Below are positions 34,824 through 49,381 of a DNA stretch of 64,000 nt, piece after piece (the stretch's first letter is position 1; every line of letters starts with the position of its first letter). The notes under the pieces are model-generated. The model did not search any database. It saw nothing but the letters and a program-made list of their open reading frames with translations, and was not told the DNA's origin. The position numbers were made by a program, and so were the translations under genes. This DNA comes from the human T2T-CHM13v2.0 reference genome, Homo sapiens. Location: assembly GCF_009914755.1 (NCBI RefSeq), contig NC_060940.1. One strand, given 5' to 3'.

Positions 34824-35128
34824 TTTTATTTTTTAATTTTTATTTAAGTTCTGGGATACATGTGCAGAATATGCAGGTTTGTTACATAGGTATCCATGTG
34901 CCATGCTGGTTTGCTGCACCTACCAACCCGTCACCTAGGTTTTAAGCCCCGCATGCATTAGCTATTTGTCCTGATGCTCTCCCTCCCCTCGCTCCCCGGC
35001 TCTGACAGGCGCTGGTGTGTGATGTTCCCCTCCCTGTGTCCATGTGTTCTCACTATTCAACTCCCACTTATGACAACATGCGGTGTTTGGTTTTCTGTTG
35101 CTGTGTTAGTTTGCTGAGGATGATGCCA
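34824..35128 (-). mobile_element. L1PA 3' end (5'-truncated)
   Basis: TAAGTTCTGGGATACATGTGCAGAATATGCAGGTTTGTTACATAGG... with T-rich tail. Confidence 0.88.
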
Positions 35129-37927
35129 GCCAAAATTTTTTATCTTACTGGTCAGAAGTCTATAATGGGTCAGCAGAGCTGTGCTTCTTCAGGATGCTCT
35201 AGAGGAGAATCCTTTTCCTTGCCTTTTCCAGCACCTAGAGGCTGCCCGCATTCCTTGGCTCATGGCCACATCACTCTGACCTCTGCTTCCATCATCCATC
35301 TCTTCCTCTCACTCTGACCTTCCTGCCTCCCCTTTACAAAGGTCTTTGTGATTACATGAGGCACACCCAGGTAATCCAGGATATTCTCTCCACCCTCAAG
35401 CCCTTAACTTAATCACATCTACAAATCCCTTTTGCTACATAAGTCCTGGGGATTAGGATGTGGACATATTTGGGGGGTTATTACTCAGCTGACCATACCA
35501 TACAACATTTTCTAGGAAAAACCATAGGACATATTTTTTACTTAGCTACAGGCAACTTCCTGAAGACCCCCAGCAGCAGTCTCAGTTGGCTACTCCATCT
35601 CTTTCCTGGGCTGAAGCCACCTGGTTAGGACTCATAGCCCAGTAAACACATATGGTATCACCTTGTACCCACTCTCAGAGCACAGAAACCACCTGGTACA
35701 AAAGATGATTCCTATGACAAACACATGTATATCTCAACTTACATTTTGCCTGCTGAGGGACAAATTCCTGTAAGAAAACTCCAAGGGCCCAACCAAATTC
35801 CAGCAGAAAAATGTCATGACCTGGAACTTTAAGTAGAACCTCTTTGAAGAGGTTGCCCTTAAAGCGAACCAGGTCACAAAAGCTCTGGCCTGGCTTTAGA
35901 ATTTAGAACTTTTGAATGACACACATGAGAATAACCAAGTTAGCTGTATGGATGGCTATGAGGGGTGCACACAGCCCGTTCACCAACTGAGGAATGGAGA
36001 ACTCGAAGGGAGGAACGGAGACTCGGCCGAGCCTCAGCACTCACAGCGGCAGGGTGGATGAGTTCTAATAAGGGTAGTTTCCTGTGACAGTCCGGAATCT
36101 GGAACTAGGCATCAGGTGAGAGTGCCCTGGAGTGGAGTGGGCTGGGGGAAGAGGATGGGGCTTGCTGGTGGTGTAGGTGTGGGTGTGGCAGCCAGGTCTC
36201 CAGTGGCTGCAGGATCCTGCCCTCAGCCCAAATGGCTCCTGCATGAAAAGCTGCGGTGGATCTAAGTGGCAGCTAGGAGTCAAGGCAACTAGCTTCCTCC
36301 GAAGCGAGGCAAGACAAGGCACAGCCGAGAAGCCACTCAACCTCTGTTCCCAATGAATCCATTTCCATGTCCCTGCTTCGCTGTACGACACCCCACACCC
36401 TGATGTGCATCTTGTGAAAAATCAAGATGAAAATAAAAGGTCAGGAGAAAACTCTGTGGAGACTGTTGTCAATGTAGTCAAACTGACTCTGATATAGACA
36501 CCTTCCGCATTCTGCACTTACTCATGCAATTTCATTTACTTTTTAGAGAGAAAGGACATTTTCACCTTGGCAGGAGTCTACCACCCTCTGCTCAATGTCC
36601 TTTTTGGCTGCTTCTGTTCCAGACATGGAAGAGAACTATTAAAAGGGCTGGGGCCACCCCTTTCATTCCCAACTAGACTCTTTGCACAGAGGCAGTAGCT
36701 TCTCACAGCAGCCTTGCTAAAATCTGCACTATCCCCCCACGCCCCTTGTGACTGTACAATAACCGTAAAGAAGGCGAGGCAGGGACCGCAACTTGCCACT
36801 TACCAACAAGATGAGGGTAACCTGCTGAGCCTTCCTATCTGCAGCAAAAAGTAGGCCTTGGAGTTCAGAAGTAGAGCAACTGTTATTTTCACTGAGAAGG
36901 AAAGTTCCTTCTCAAGTCAGCTGCTGATCTTTCTATGGAATGAGAAGGAGTGGGAACCATGAAAGAAGAGCTTGGGAGGTCAATGGGACCGAGATAGAGG
37001 GTGAAGTTCAGGGGGAAGAACTCAAAGGGGGAACCACAGCATCCCTCTCCCCATCCCCAAGGTGGCACGTGAATGTTCTGGAGATGAACAAAGGGCAGGA
37101 GGGAGTAGGGGCATGGGAGAGCTCCAGGGCAGCCGCCGTGCAGAGGAGCAGAGGACAGGCCCACATGGAGGCCACAGCAAGAACTCTAGCCTGAAATCAT
37201 GGTGATGAGGCCAGTGAGCAAGCCAGCAAGTCATCTGCGCAGAATGTAACAGAAAGCTACTCCACCGCACTAGAAATCAACAAGGGGAAAAGGGCAGAAA
37301 GGGATTAGAGAAGCGGGTTCAAGCTAATTTCCATACTAACATTTTATGGGTTTCTGCTATTAGGAATAATTCCTTCACTACCTACGTCAAAGGTTTATAA
37401 GGATAAATAAGTTAATAGGCGTAAGTACTTAAAAAAACATAAAAAGCATGCAAAAAGCATGCACAAATGCAAGGATTTTTTTAATGGAAAATAATGAAAA
37501 GCCTTTCAAAGGAATCTAATGTTGTCCTTTGATAGACAGTCTATGGTCTTTCCCCTTTATCAAAAACAATTCCAATAGGAAGCTCTCTGAATGGAACAGA
37601 GCCATGAGAACAAGGCCTCATTTACACAGCTGCATGGATTTAGATGCTTTGTGAAAACTGCATCTTCTATGGCTGATAACCTCATAAACTATGGCTCTAA
37701 ACACTGAGAGTTTTCATTGCCTTCAGGTTAGGAAGTCACTAAGTCAAAAAGTGAATAATATAAATTTAATAGCTTAACTGAAGTACAAAATTTGTGGATG
37801 GACTCCAGCTGCAAATTTTCCCCTGTAACTTTCCTCTGAAAGTTATTTCATGGGCACTGGATTGCTGTCTTTTTCATATTTGCCCACTGCTGAGGGAATG
37901 AGTTTTTGTGAATATGAGAAAAGTCAG

Positions 37928-38302
<375 letters not shown>

Positions 38303-38568
38303 TTACTTGCTGGATGGGGACTCATGTGGTGGGGGGAGGTGCTGGAGGCTGGATGTCTACAGTGCAGACTGTAACTAGGAATGAGGCGCGGGAGCAAGGT
38401 CAGAGTGGGCCCCTGCGGTGCCCGGTGCCCTCTCACGCTCAGGTAGCAGGCAGTCACTGTCCCCTCTGGGCATCTTTCGTCCCTGGTAAGTGGTTTGGGA
38501 GGCAGCCCTGCTCCCCCGTGGAAAATTCATGTACAGGTGACTTGAATGCAGTTGTTTATAGTTCCTGG

Positions 38569-38684
38569 GTTTAACTCTGTCAAGTACTGCATTCATATCC
38601 CATAGTCGGAACAGAAGTGTTTAACTCTGTCAAGTACTGCATTCACATCCCATAGTCGGAACAGAAGTGTTTAACTCTGTCAAG
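38569..38684. repeat. 50-bp tandem repeat, 2.3 copies
   Basis: GTTTAACTCTGTCAAG at 38569, 38619 and 38669; one mismatch between full units. Confidence 0.95.
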
Positions 38685-38959
38685 GTTACTTAAGAATGAG
38701 AAGAATAAGCAACATCTGACATTCCAAATGAGGTTCAAGTTTGTCTTCAAGAAGCTCCTAGAAGTTTCTGACAGGATTTTACATGGCCAGCAGCCACCAC
38801 ACCTTCTTCTCCCACTCCTGGGCTGGTCCTCAGTTGCTCTGTGACTCCTCCTCCACTCAACCCATAAAAGCCAGAGTGCCCCAAGCCACGTTCCTGGGGT
38901 GTGATGAGAGACACTGGTTTTCCTCCCCGTTCCTGGCTCCTCACGGCCCTGGTTAGTCT

Positions 38960-39555
38960 TTTGATAGAATGCCAGGTGCATGAGCCTCAGGGGCGCTAGG
39001 ACCCCACCTTCTCCTGCCCTCCTTCCACTCCACTGTTCCCTCTCCGCCTTGCTGACGGTGGGTCTTAAGACCCTCCAGGAGAGGGTCCCCCCTAGACCTC
39101 GGGGGAAGGAATGCTGATGTCATGAAGCTCCCATAAAAACCCAAGAGGACGGGGAGCTTCCATGCCCCTTTCCCATACCTCGCCCTATGTGTCTCTTCAT
39201 CTGTATCCTTTGCAGTGTCCTGTATAATAAACCCATAAACATAAGGTTTTCCCTGAGCTCTGTGAGTTGCTCCAGCAAATTAATCAAATCCAAACAGGAA
39301 GCCATGGAAACCCCACCTTGAAGCTGGTGGGTCAGAGGTTCCAGAGCCTGGACTTGCTGCTGAGCCCTCAACCCGTGGGCTCTGACACTATCTCCAGGTA
39401 GGCAGTGTCAGAACAGAATGCGGAGACACCTAGCTGGTGGCCGCTGCTTGGTGTGTGGGGAAACTCCTATACATCTGGTCACACAAGTCTTCTTCTGTGT
39501 TGACTGTTGGCGGTGAGAGCAGAGGACACACGCGGTTGGAGAGCTTTTCCCTACG
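38960..39555 (+). mobile_element. MER21-family LTR
   Basis: TGTATCCTTTG...TATAATAAACC...TTTCCCTGAGCTCTGTGAG...CAGCAAATTAATC resembles the MER21 consensus. Confidence 0.7.
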
Positions 39556-39659
39556 CAGTCCTCAAGTGCTAAGACCTGCTCTCATGGCTTCAGAAGTCAC
39601 CGGCACACCACTGGTTCTCAATCTACATCCATCTCTGGTCTCTGTACTCAGACCCATTC

Positions 39660-40547
39660 TTCACCTTTCAACCTAGGACTTCTTCATTTGAACATCTCAA
39701 ACTTAACATACCCCAAACAGAAGTAATCACCTCCCCTCCAGACCTGTTTCTCTGCCTCTTCCCTCAACAAATGGCACCAGTGCACCATCGTCCCAGCGCA
39801 CAAGCCAGGAACCTAGGTAACACCCTTACTTCCTTTTCCCCTAGGTCCATGCACGATTAGTCACCAAGACCTGTGGATTCTCCCACCTGCTCTCTCTTCT
39901 GTCCCCTTCTCCGTACCCATGCTGCACTCAGTTTTGCCACCTCCCTGCCTCTAGTCTTGGGTGTACTCCTGTCTCCAGCATCCTTTCTGCTGCAGGCTGG
40001 GGCCATCACTCGAAGGCACTGATCTGATCACGCAACTCTCCTCCAGTGGCTTCCCTCTGTCCTCAGGATGGTGCCCAAATGCCTCTGCATGATCTACAAG
40101 GTCACTACAAAGCAATCTGTCCACCACTCAACTCTCTCTGCCCGCTGCCCCTTTACACTCCATCCTATTGCTCTCTCCAAACTCCCCCACTCGCTCTCCT
40201 CTCCCGCCCACTATTTTCTCCTGCTCTTTGCACATGCTGGTCCCTTGAATGTTCTCCCTCCATCCCCCACCTCCTGAGGGTCAAAGGCTGGCCCGCTGCC
40301 TGCATGTTCCTTTCTCTGGGCAACCTGACTGCCCTGATTGCCCAAGCCTAGGCTGGCTGACTTCTCTCGAATCCCTTGCCACTTTTTTACTAAGCTCCGC
40401 CTGTGAGGTTTAGGTGCTGTGCTTGCTGGCTTGCTGCACCTTCAAGTGCTAAGCAGGTACTGTGTTTCATCCACAGCCATATCCCTCCTCAGCACGGGCC
40501 TGGCACAAAGCAGATACTCAAAAACATTTATTAGAAAAGTGAATAAT
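39660..40547 (+). mobile_element. L2 LINE remnant
   Basis: CATCTCAAACTTAACAT..., ending CCTGGCACAAAGCAGATACTCAAAAACATTTATTAG (L2 3' end). Confidence 0.65.
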
Positions 40548-40634
40548 CCCGCATAAATGCTACTGATGAATCTAGCTCCCTGCAAGTCAATGCATTTCAC
40601 AGATCCAATAATTCTCTTGACAACAGAACAATTA

Positions 40635-40941
<307 letters not shown>

Positions 40942-41584
40942 AAGATGGTTGGAAAGACCTGGATTAAAACACACACACACACTCCCCAGTGGTGTTTCAG
41001 TAATGACAGCAGATATCTTCAAGAGCTAAAATACTTAGTTTTATAAATATCATCTAAGTATTATAATCATCTGAATCCTACCCGGAAATGATATGAAGTT
41101 TAACTTTAACAGGCACTCAAAGATGTGCCCAGGAACCTTACGCCAGGACTCTTTGCCCAGAGATACTTCTTGCTTGCCCAGAACTGACTTGGGTGTCATA
41201 ATTAGTTAAGTTATAAATGGTAGATTATGAAATGGCTTCGTTTTACTTGGTGGAGGAGGGACACAGATAAAGAAATTCTACTTACACCTTCTCAAGCTTA
41301 GCTACTTCTTACATCAATTAGCTACTATTTTTTAGCATCACAGTTTATTCTTAAATGAAAAACAAACAGCACCTCAGCTCAGGTATGCAGGTCTGAAGCT
41401 ACAGTTTACTTTTCCTTCAGGTTTTAACAACTCGATGGAATTTATAGATGGTCTTTTTCCCTTCATTGATCACCGGAACTGAAAAGCTACTGCCTAAAAT
41501 TCACTTACCAACTAGTCTACCTGCATGCTACATCTTTTTTCCCACTGTACTTCAATAAAGCTGTCATTGCAAACAAAAACATAA

Positions 41585-42062
<478 letters not shown>

Positions 42063-42446
42063 TAAGATGCATCACACAGATCTGACCATGCAACTACCTT
42101 TCTACAAGTGTCTGAGCTCCGGGGTGCCCGAGTACCGACAGCCAAAGAAGCATTTACACTTTGCCAGATAAGGAATCGGCTCTGCGAAGGTGCGAAGAAC
42201 CAAATCCTAGCGATTAATGTCCCAACAACGTGAACACTTCCTGCAACTCGAAATCCTCAAGGGAAACTCTGTCGAATCCCCACCAAGTGAACGATGACTT
42301 GTTTCTACAAAGGCTACTGATTTCAGGAAACTAACGTATAACTCGTCGCCTTAAAGTGCCTCTAAAAGCATCCACGACGGTTAAAGTCGCTGCTACTACG
42401 GGACGCTATTTATTCAGCGCCAAGACCCAAGCGCCATCGTGGATCA

Positions 42447-42890
<444 letters not shown>

Positions 42891-43214
42891 TCAGCCGAGA
42901 AGCGGGACGAGGCGGCGGCGATTGATGGCGCGGCCGCGGGCTGGCGGGGGACCCTTCAGGCCCGGCCCCGTTTGGGCCTCGGCTCCTGGAAAAGCGACTC
43001 GCGCCTCTGGGAAGCCGCAGCCCCAGACTCCAGTCGCGCTTCTCGCCCGGCGCCGCCGGAAAGCAGCCTCTCCAACGCCTGCCGGAAAGCAGCCCGGCCC
43101 GGCATTTTACGACGTTCGCAGCGCTACCCTTTTCCGCTCCACGGTGACCTCCGTGCGGCCGGGTGCGGGCGGAGTCTTCCTCGATCCCGTGGTGCTCCGC
43201 GGCGCGGCCTTGCT

Positions 43215-43272
43215 CTCTTCCGGTCGCGGGACACCGGGTGTAGAGGGCGGTCGCGGCGGGCAGTGGCGGCAG
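43215..43272 (+). other. COX4I1: COX4I1 non-coding exon 1
   Basis: Ends GGCGGCAG|GTGAGA donor; start approximate (pyrimidine-rich initiator CTCTTCC). Confidence 0.8.
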
Positions 43273-43990
43273 GTGAGACAGGAGGTGGCCGGTGCGGCGC
43301 CGCCAGGCCGGGCCGGGTCGGGGGGCCGGGAGCCATCAAGTCTGCACGTCCGCAGCCTGGCCGCTCGGCTTCAGCAGGAAGCACCGAATGGGCCTCGGAG
43401 CCAGGTGACATTGAGGCCGGCCCGTGGGGACTCCGGGCTCGGTGGCTCCAGGCTCGGGGGGCCGCCCCGAAGTGCCCGGTCCATCTTACCCGGTCTCGCA
43501 GCGGCTGCGGACTGGCCTCGGGCACTGACCTTGGAGCGCCCGCTGGCCGAGGGCTCAGGCTGCGGGGAGGCGGGCCCGCGCTCTGTGCCTGCAGCCTCCG
43601 CCCTTGCTCTTTCAAAAGGTCCCTGTGCAACCCCTCCCGGGTTTTGCGGGACTCCCGGGCGGCGCTCGGCTTTCCAGCCTGGAAGGCGCCTATTGTTTGC
43701 TCACGCAAGGGCTAGGCCCAAGGAGAGAAGCTAGACGCGGGCGTTCAGCCCTGACGTCATGCTTGTTTATTCTGCCCCAAGGAGGGTATTTCCCCACATC
43801 ACTCTCACCAGTCCTCCGAAGGGTCGATTTAAAGGGGGCCGTGTAAGGTTGATGGGCCTGAATAGAGGAGGGCCCGGGTGAGGGGGGGTCTCATAGGTTT
43901 TCCGCTCTCCTCAGGGATTGGAAATTGATCGGGGCTGTGTTGGCAGCCTTCTCCAATTTCCCCTTCTAGTCTATGTACAGGCGGTATTAG

Positions 43991-44477
<487 letters not shown>

Positions 44478-44725
44478 TAATTACCTGAAGCGCGTATATA
44501 TTATGGCAGTTGATTTATAATGAAGCTCCTTAAAAGCATGCCAATTACTAAGAAAAACCTCATCCTAGGTCATTTTGTGAATTCAGAGACAGTGATAAAG
44601 AATGGATCATTTGCGTTGGGGAGAAGCAAACAAAAAAATTCCAAAATGCTCTGGGGCAAAAAGAAGACTAATTCCTTGCTGTTTGTCCTTATTCATAGAG
44701 AAGGTGTACATTTTTATCTTTCAGA

Positions 44726-44798
44726 ATGTTGGCTACCAGGGTATTTAGCCTAGTTGGCAAGCGAGCAATTTCCACCTCTGTGTGTGTACGAGCTCATG
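44726..44798 (+). CDS. COX4I1: COX4I1 exon 2 CDS (mitochondrial transit peptide)
   Basis: Acceptor TTTCAG|A-ATG; MLATRVFSLVGKRAISTSVCVRAH+G; donor G|GTAAGT. Confidence 0.97.
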
Positions 44799-47700
44799 GT
44801 AAGTGTGACTTTTCTTACTTTTAAATAGGCTGAACTAATTTCATTTTGCTCCTGCTGTGTATAAAGCCCTGTGCTGGAGTTTTAAAGACCTTAATTCGGC
44901 TCTTGAGGGTCTTTAGGGGAGATATAAATGTTCTCACAGGGCTTGGTTCTAGATTAAGAAGTGTTTATAAGTCAAATTGAATCTCTTCTGGATCTTTGGT
45001 TATACTGATACTTCCCCACTTACCCTTCCCTTCCGTTCCACTTTTTTAAGCTTCGAGATCTACCCCTTTCAAAAGATCTTCTGCACCATAACTGACTGAC
45101 CTTAATGACCTCCCTCCCCACCTTGCCCCCACAACTCCCAACCATTTGCATCACCTCTGTTTACATTATAGAGGCAATGGAAACGAAAGAGCCTGGACTT
45201 CCTAGCCTGAGCTGGGTTTTCATCTCATTTCTATCAAGGACTAGCTACTGAAGCTCAGGAATCTCTTTGCTCACCTGAAGTATATGGACAGAGCTTAGTT
45301 CTGTGTCTGGCATACAGCACATTTACTTTTGCATGTATCTGGCGTCTATCTACTTTGTACCAGACACTGTTAGGCACCGAGAAGAAAAAGAATATGAAAT
45401 ACACACACTTTCCAGGAGGCTGTTTGCAATCTGAAGAGGGACGGATGGGTGAAGACAGTGTTTTATTAAGAGATGGCTCCTGGGTAGAAGCATTTAGCCC
45501 GATGTGGGTTTCAGGGAAGGCTTCTGGAGGAAACTCTCCAGGGTCTTTTCATTGCCTTAGTAGAGTCTACACCCTGCCTGGTTAGAGCTGGTCTTGCCTG
45601 CCTTTCCGATCTTATTACTGACTGTTGTACTCAAAACCCAAAAACTACCATCAGAACCACCCATCCCCACTTGCTCACTGCCCCAGCCCCCTGGCCTTAC
45701 TCCATTCCTCCCGTAGAGCCCCGAGTTGTGGATGGTCGCTCCTGTCTAATCATTCACCCTCGATACAAATGTGCTTTTAGAACGGCCTCTCCTGACCATC
45801 CTTTCTCAGGAAGCTCCCTGTCACCTCACCTTGCTGTGCTTTTCCTTATAACACTGGATGCCTCATGAATGCATGTCTATTTGAGTATTGCTGTCTCAGC
45901 CTCTTAGAGTGTAAGCCTTTTGAGGCCAGGGAGCCTGCCTGTCTTACTCATTGCCGTATCTCCAGCACATAGGAGGCAGATGAAGACGAACTGCAGACTC
46001 TTAGACAAGTCTTCTCTGTTAAGTTTTAACTTACGTAAGTCATACATGAATAATACATGAATCTGTTCTCAAGATATTAAAGCAGTCTGGAATACCATCA
46101 GCCGTCACTGAAGTCAGTTGGGATATTTGTGTGGTGATGCACCTGAGTAAGGGGTGCCCAGATATACCAGATCTCCCCAGCAGAGGCTCAACAGAAATCC
46201 GTCCATGTTGAAGCGGTGACAAACATTCCTTACAATCTGGAGTCTTTGTTTTTCTCTCTCTCTAAAAGAAATGTTTGGTATATTAACCATTGATTTTCCC
46301 TTAATTGCTGGGGGACCAGGCCTGAAGCTCTGAAGAACCCCTGAAACCATGAATTGGCCATTCTTATTCTGGAAGATGCAATTTTGAGGTTTGCATGCAC
46401 CAAGGTTTTGAGGGTTTATGTCGTTATAATAGCTTTTTCCCCCCAGTCTCCCTGTCATGGCATTTACAACAGCTTTACAAGATGTAATTCATATAACAGT
46501 CACCCATTTAAAGTGTATCCTCCAGTGGTTTTTAGTATATTCATTGAGTTTTGTCATTAGCACCACAGTCAGTTCTAGAACATTCTCATCACCCATATTT
46601 ACATTTATTTTTAATAACTCTCATGTGTAAGCTGAGTGTTTTAAACTTTAGAAACTTCTGGGGGGTGCTGAACTTGATAAAAATATTCAGTATACAAGTG
46701 TTCTTTATAGTTCACTCATCATTTTCATAGAATTAGGGTTTTAAAATTAGAAAGTAATTCAGGCCATTTCCATCTCCTGTCCCTCAAATCCCAGCTCAGT
46801 TTTGGGATGAGGTGTCAAGTATAAGTTTGTAAGTATGCCAGTCATTTGCACGGCTAAGAGAAACATCTAGAGAAGTCTATATACGACTTGCTTAAAGCTG
46901 AATGTTGATTTACTGTTCACATGATTTGGGCGATTTTAGTCACTGGGACTGAGCTAATGGAGTTGAAGCATTGTTGCGGGCATTGTACCTCCAGACCAGT
47001 GTGTAATACAAAGAGTTCTTGCAGACGTAGGACAGAATTGGAGAAACAGCTTCTAACAGTGGGAAGACTCTCAGTACAACCAAGCTATTCCTTACCTTTC
47101 TGATTTCTGAACTTTTTTCCATGTGACACCTGCTGCTTTGAAGGCACTAAAATAACAGAAGCAGATAGAGCAGAAATCCTCACTCAGATCTTCCTCCTTC
47201 CTACCTGTATAACAGTTTGTGGCTTGCCTTGTCTGTTTTGTGTGTTTCGTTACGCGTATGTGAGTATGTGCACGTGATTTCCAGAAAGGAGAAGCGCACG
47301 ATACTGCCCGTGCTCTGTGACTCCTGAGTGCATGCTTCCTCTGCATTTGGGCTCCTAGGTCGGCCTCGTCCTGTGGACGTTGCCCCTTGTTTCGTGCCAT
47401 CCACACATTCCTGATGCCCCCCTGCTCTACTCTTTCTCCAGAGTACTTTTTCCAAACATGTGATTTGCACATTTGTTATGTTTATTGTTTGTTTTCCACT
47501 TCTAGAAGTGTGCCGCTAGGCAGGAATGTTTGATTTCTTCACTGATGATCCCAGATCTCTAGAACCCTGCCTTGCCTGTAGAGGGTGCTTGGTAAATGTG
47601 CTCTGAATGAATGGCTCCATGATCCTCGTTTCTAAGAGCTAGCACTATTTCTCACTTAGTCCTGGTTGGACACAGGTTCCCTGGAACAGTGCTGTCGTGG

Positions 47701-47861
47701 TTATCTTCTCACGTGTCTTTGTTTCTGAACTTGAAACGCTTTTGAGTTTTTTATTGTTTTTGTTCTTCCTCATTAGTTTGAGTCCCTTGCAGATAGGCTT
47801 TCATTTTGTCCAGTCACCTGTTCAGGGAGCCCTGAGGGCCTTGGCCCATGTCTGCAGGTAA

Positions 47862-48170
<309 letters not shown>

Positions 48171-48452
48171 CCTGCAGGTAACTGTTAATGTAGGAAGTGC
48201 TGCCTCTGGGCACCTTGGCCCCAGGGTTCATTAGCAGTTGCCCCTGGTGGGTTTTTGTTGGCTGTGATGAGAAGTGCTTCTGTTCCCCCTCCACCACACT
48301 CCTGCAACTGTTTAAACAGTGGCTGTGACCCCCTGAGATGATCCAGGGTTTCAAGGCGTGCACATGTCTGTGTTTCGGTTTTCAGAAGTATCACCTTGGG
48401 GTGACTCTCAACCTACATGGATTTTCAAAGATTTATTCAATGTGTTTTTCAG

Positions 48453-48620
48453 AAAGTGTTGTGAAGAGCGAAGACTTTTCGCTCCCAGCTTATATGGATC
48501 GGCGTGACCACCCCTTGCCGGAGGTGGCCCATGTCAAGCACCTGTCTGCCAGCCAGAAGGCACTGAAGGAGAAGGAGAAGGCCTCCTGGAGCAGCCTCTC
48601 CATGGATGAGAAAGTCGAGT
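48453..48620 (+). CDS. COX4I1: COX4I1 exon 3
   Basis: Acceptor TTTCAG|AA; (E)[28 protein letters not shown]...DEKVE+T; 168 nt; donor T|GTGGGT. Confidence 0.97.
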
Positions 48621-49249
48621 GTGGGTATTGAAGGGACCCACAGGCGCGCCCAGCAGCTCTCGGAAGCGTGTGTGTGACAGAGCCTCTGCTCACTTCTGGG
48701 CCTACTGTCTAGAGAGCAGTCTTGCACAGGAGGGTTGCTCTGCTGGGTTTCGGGGTCACTGTGCCAGGGCCCCAGTTTATGTGCTCACCAGTCACTTAGC
48801 TCTGCCAGCTGACAGGATCTTTTGCTGGGCCCCCTTCTCTGTGCTGAGTGGAGGTAGCCTCTCAGCATATCTGCTGGGTAAGACATAGTTAACTGTAAAT
48901 TATTGAAAGAAACTCAGCAAAATGCATAGTGTTTGGTATGAAAGGGGCAGAAAAATAACAAGATTAAATAGACCCTAATACTGTAATTCAAGTAAGAAAT
49001 AATTTTGCAGTTTTAATTTGCACCTGAAGCGAACTGTATGCATTTTCTTCCTTCCTTGCCCTGTCACATGCCTGCGTGGGCACGTGTGTGCACGTATGTG
49101 CGTGAACATGATGTGGCCTGGCTTGGTGTATCCTTCAGCTCTGTGTTTCCTCCTTCACAAGTGTGGTTTTGGGGAGAAGTGGTTGAATGTTGCAGAGGAG
49201 GGAGCTGCTGACCTTTGTGCCTGTAAATGGCTGTCCTCTCTGCCCCCAG

Positions 49250-49381
49250 TGTATCGCATTAAGTTCAAGGAGAGCTTTGCTGAGATGAACAGGGGCTCGA
49301 ACGAGTGGAAGACGGTTGTGGGCGGTGCCATGTTCTTCATCGGTTTCACCGCGCTCGTTATCATGTGGCAGAAGCACTATG
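49250..49381 (+). CDS. COX4I1: COX4I1 exon 4 (transmembrane helix)
   Basis: Acceptor CCCCAG|TG; (L)[43 protein letters not shown]+G; 132 nt; donor G|GTGAGT. Confidence 0.98.

Larger units (their letters stand above)
34299..35497. mobile_element. MLT1-family (MaLR) LTR, interrupted by Alu and L1
   Basis: TGTCTTAGTTTCC...GTGGCTTAAAACAAC at the left; CAGAAGTC...GGATTAGGATGTGGACATATTTGGGGG at the right. Confidence 0.75.

Noticed and set aside
38569-38684. Repeat-spacer-repeat pattern resembling a CRISPR array
   Set aside because: The 'spacers' are near-identical, the context is a primate intron and there are no cas genes; it is a tandem duplication
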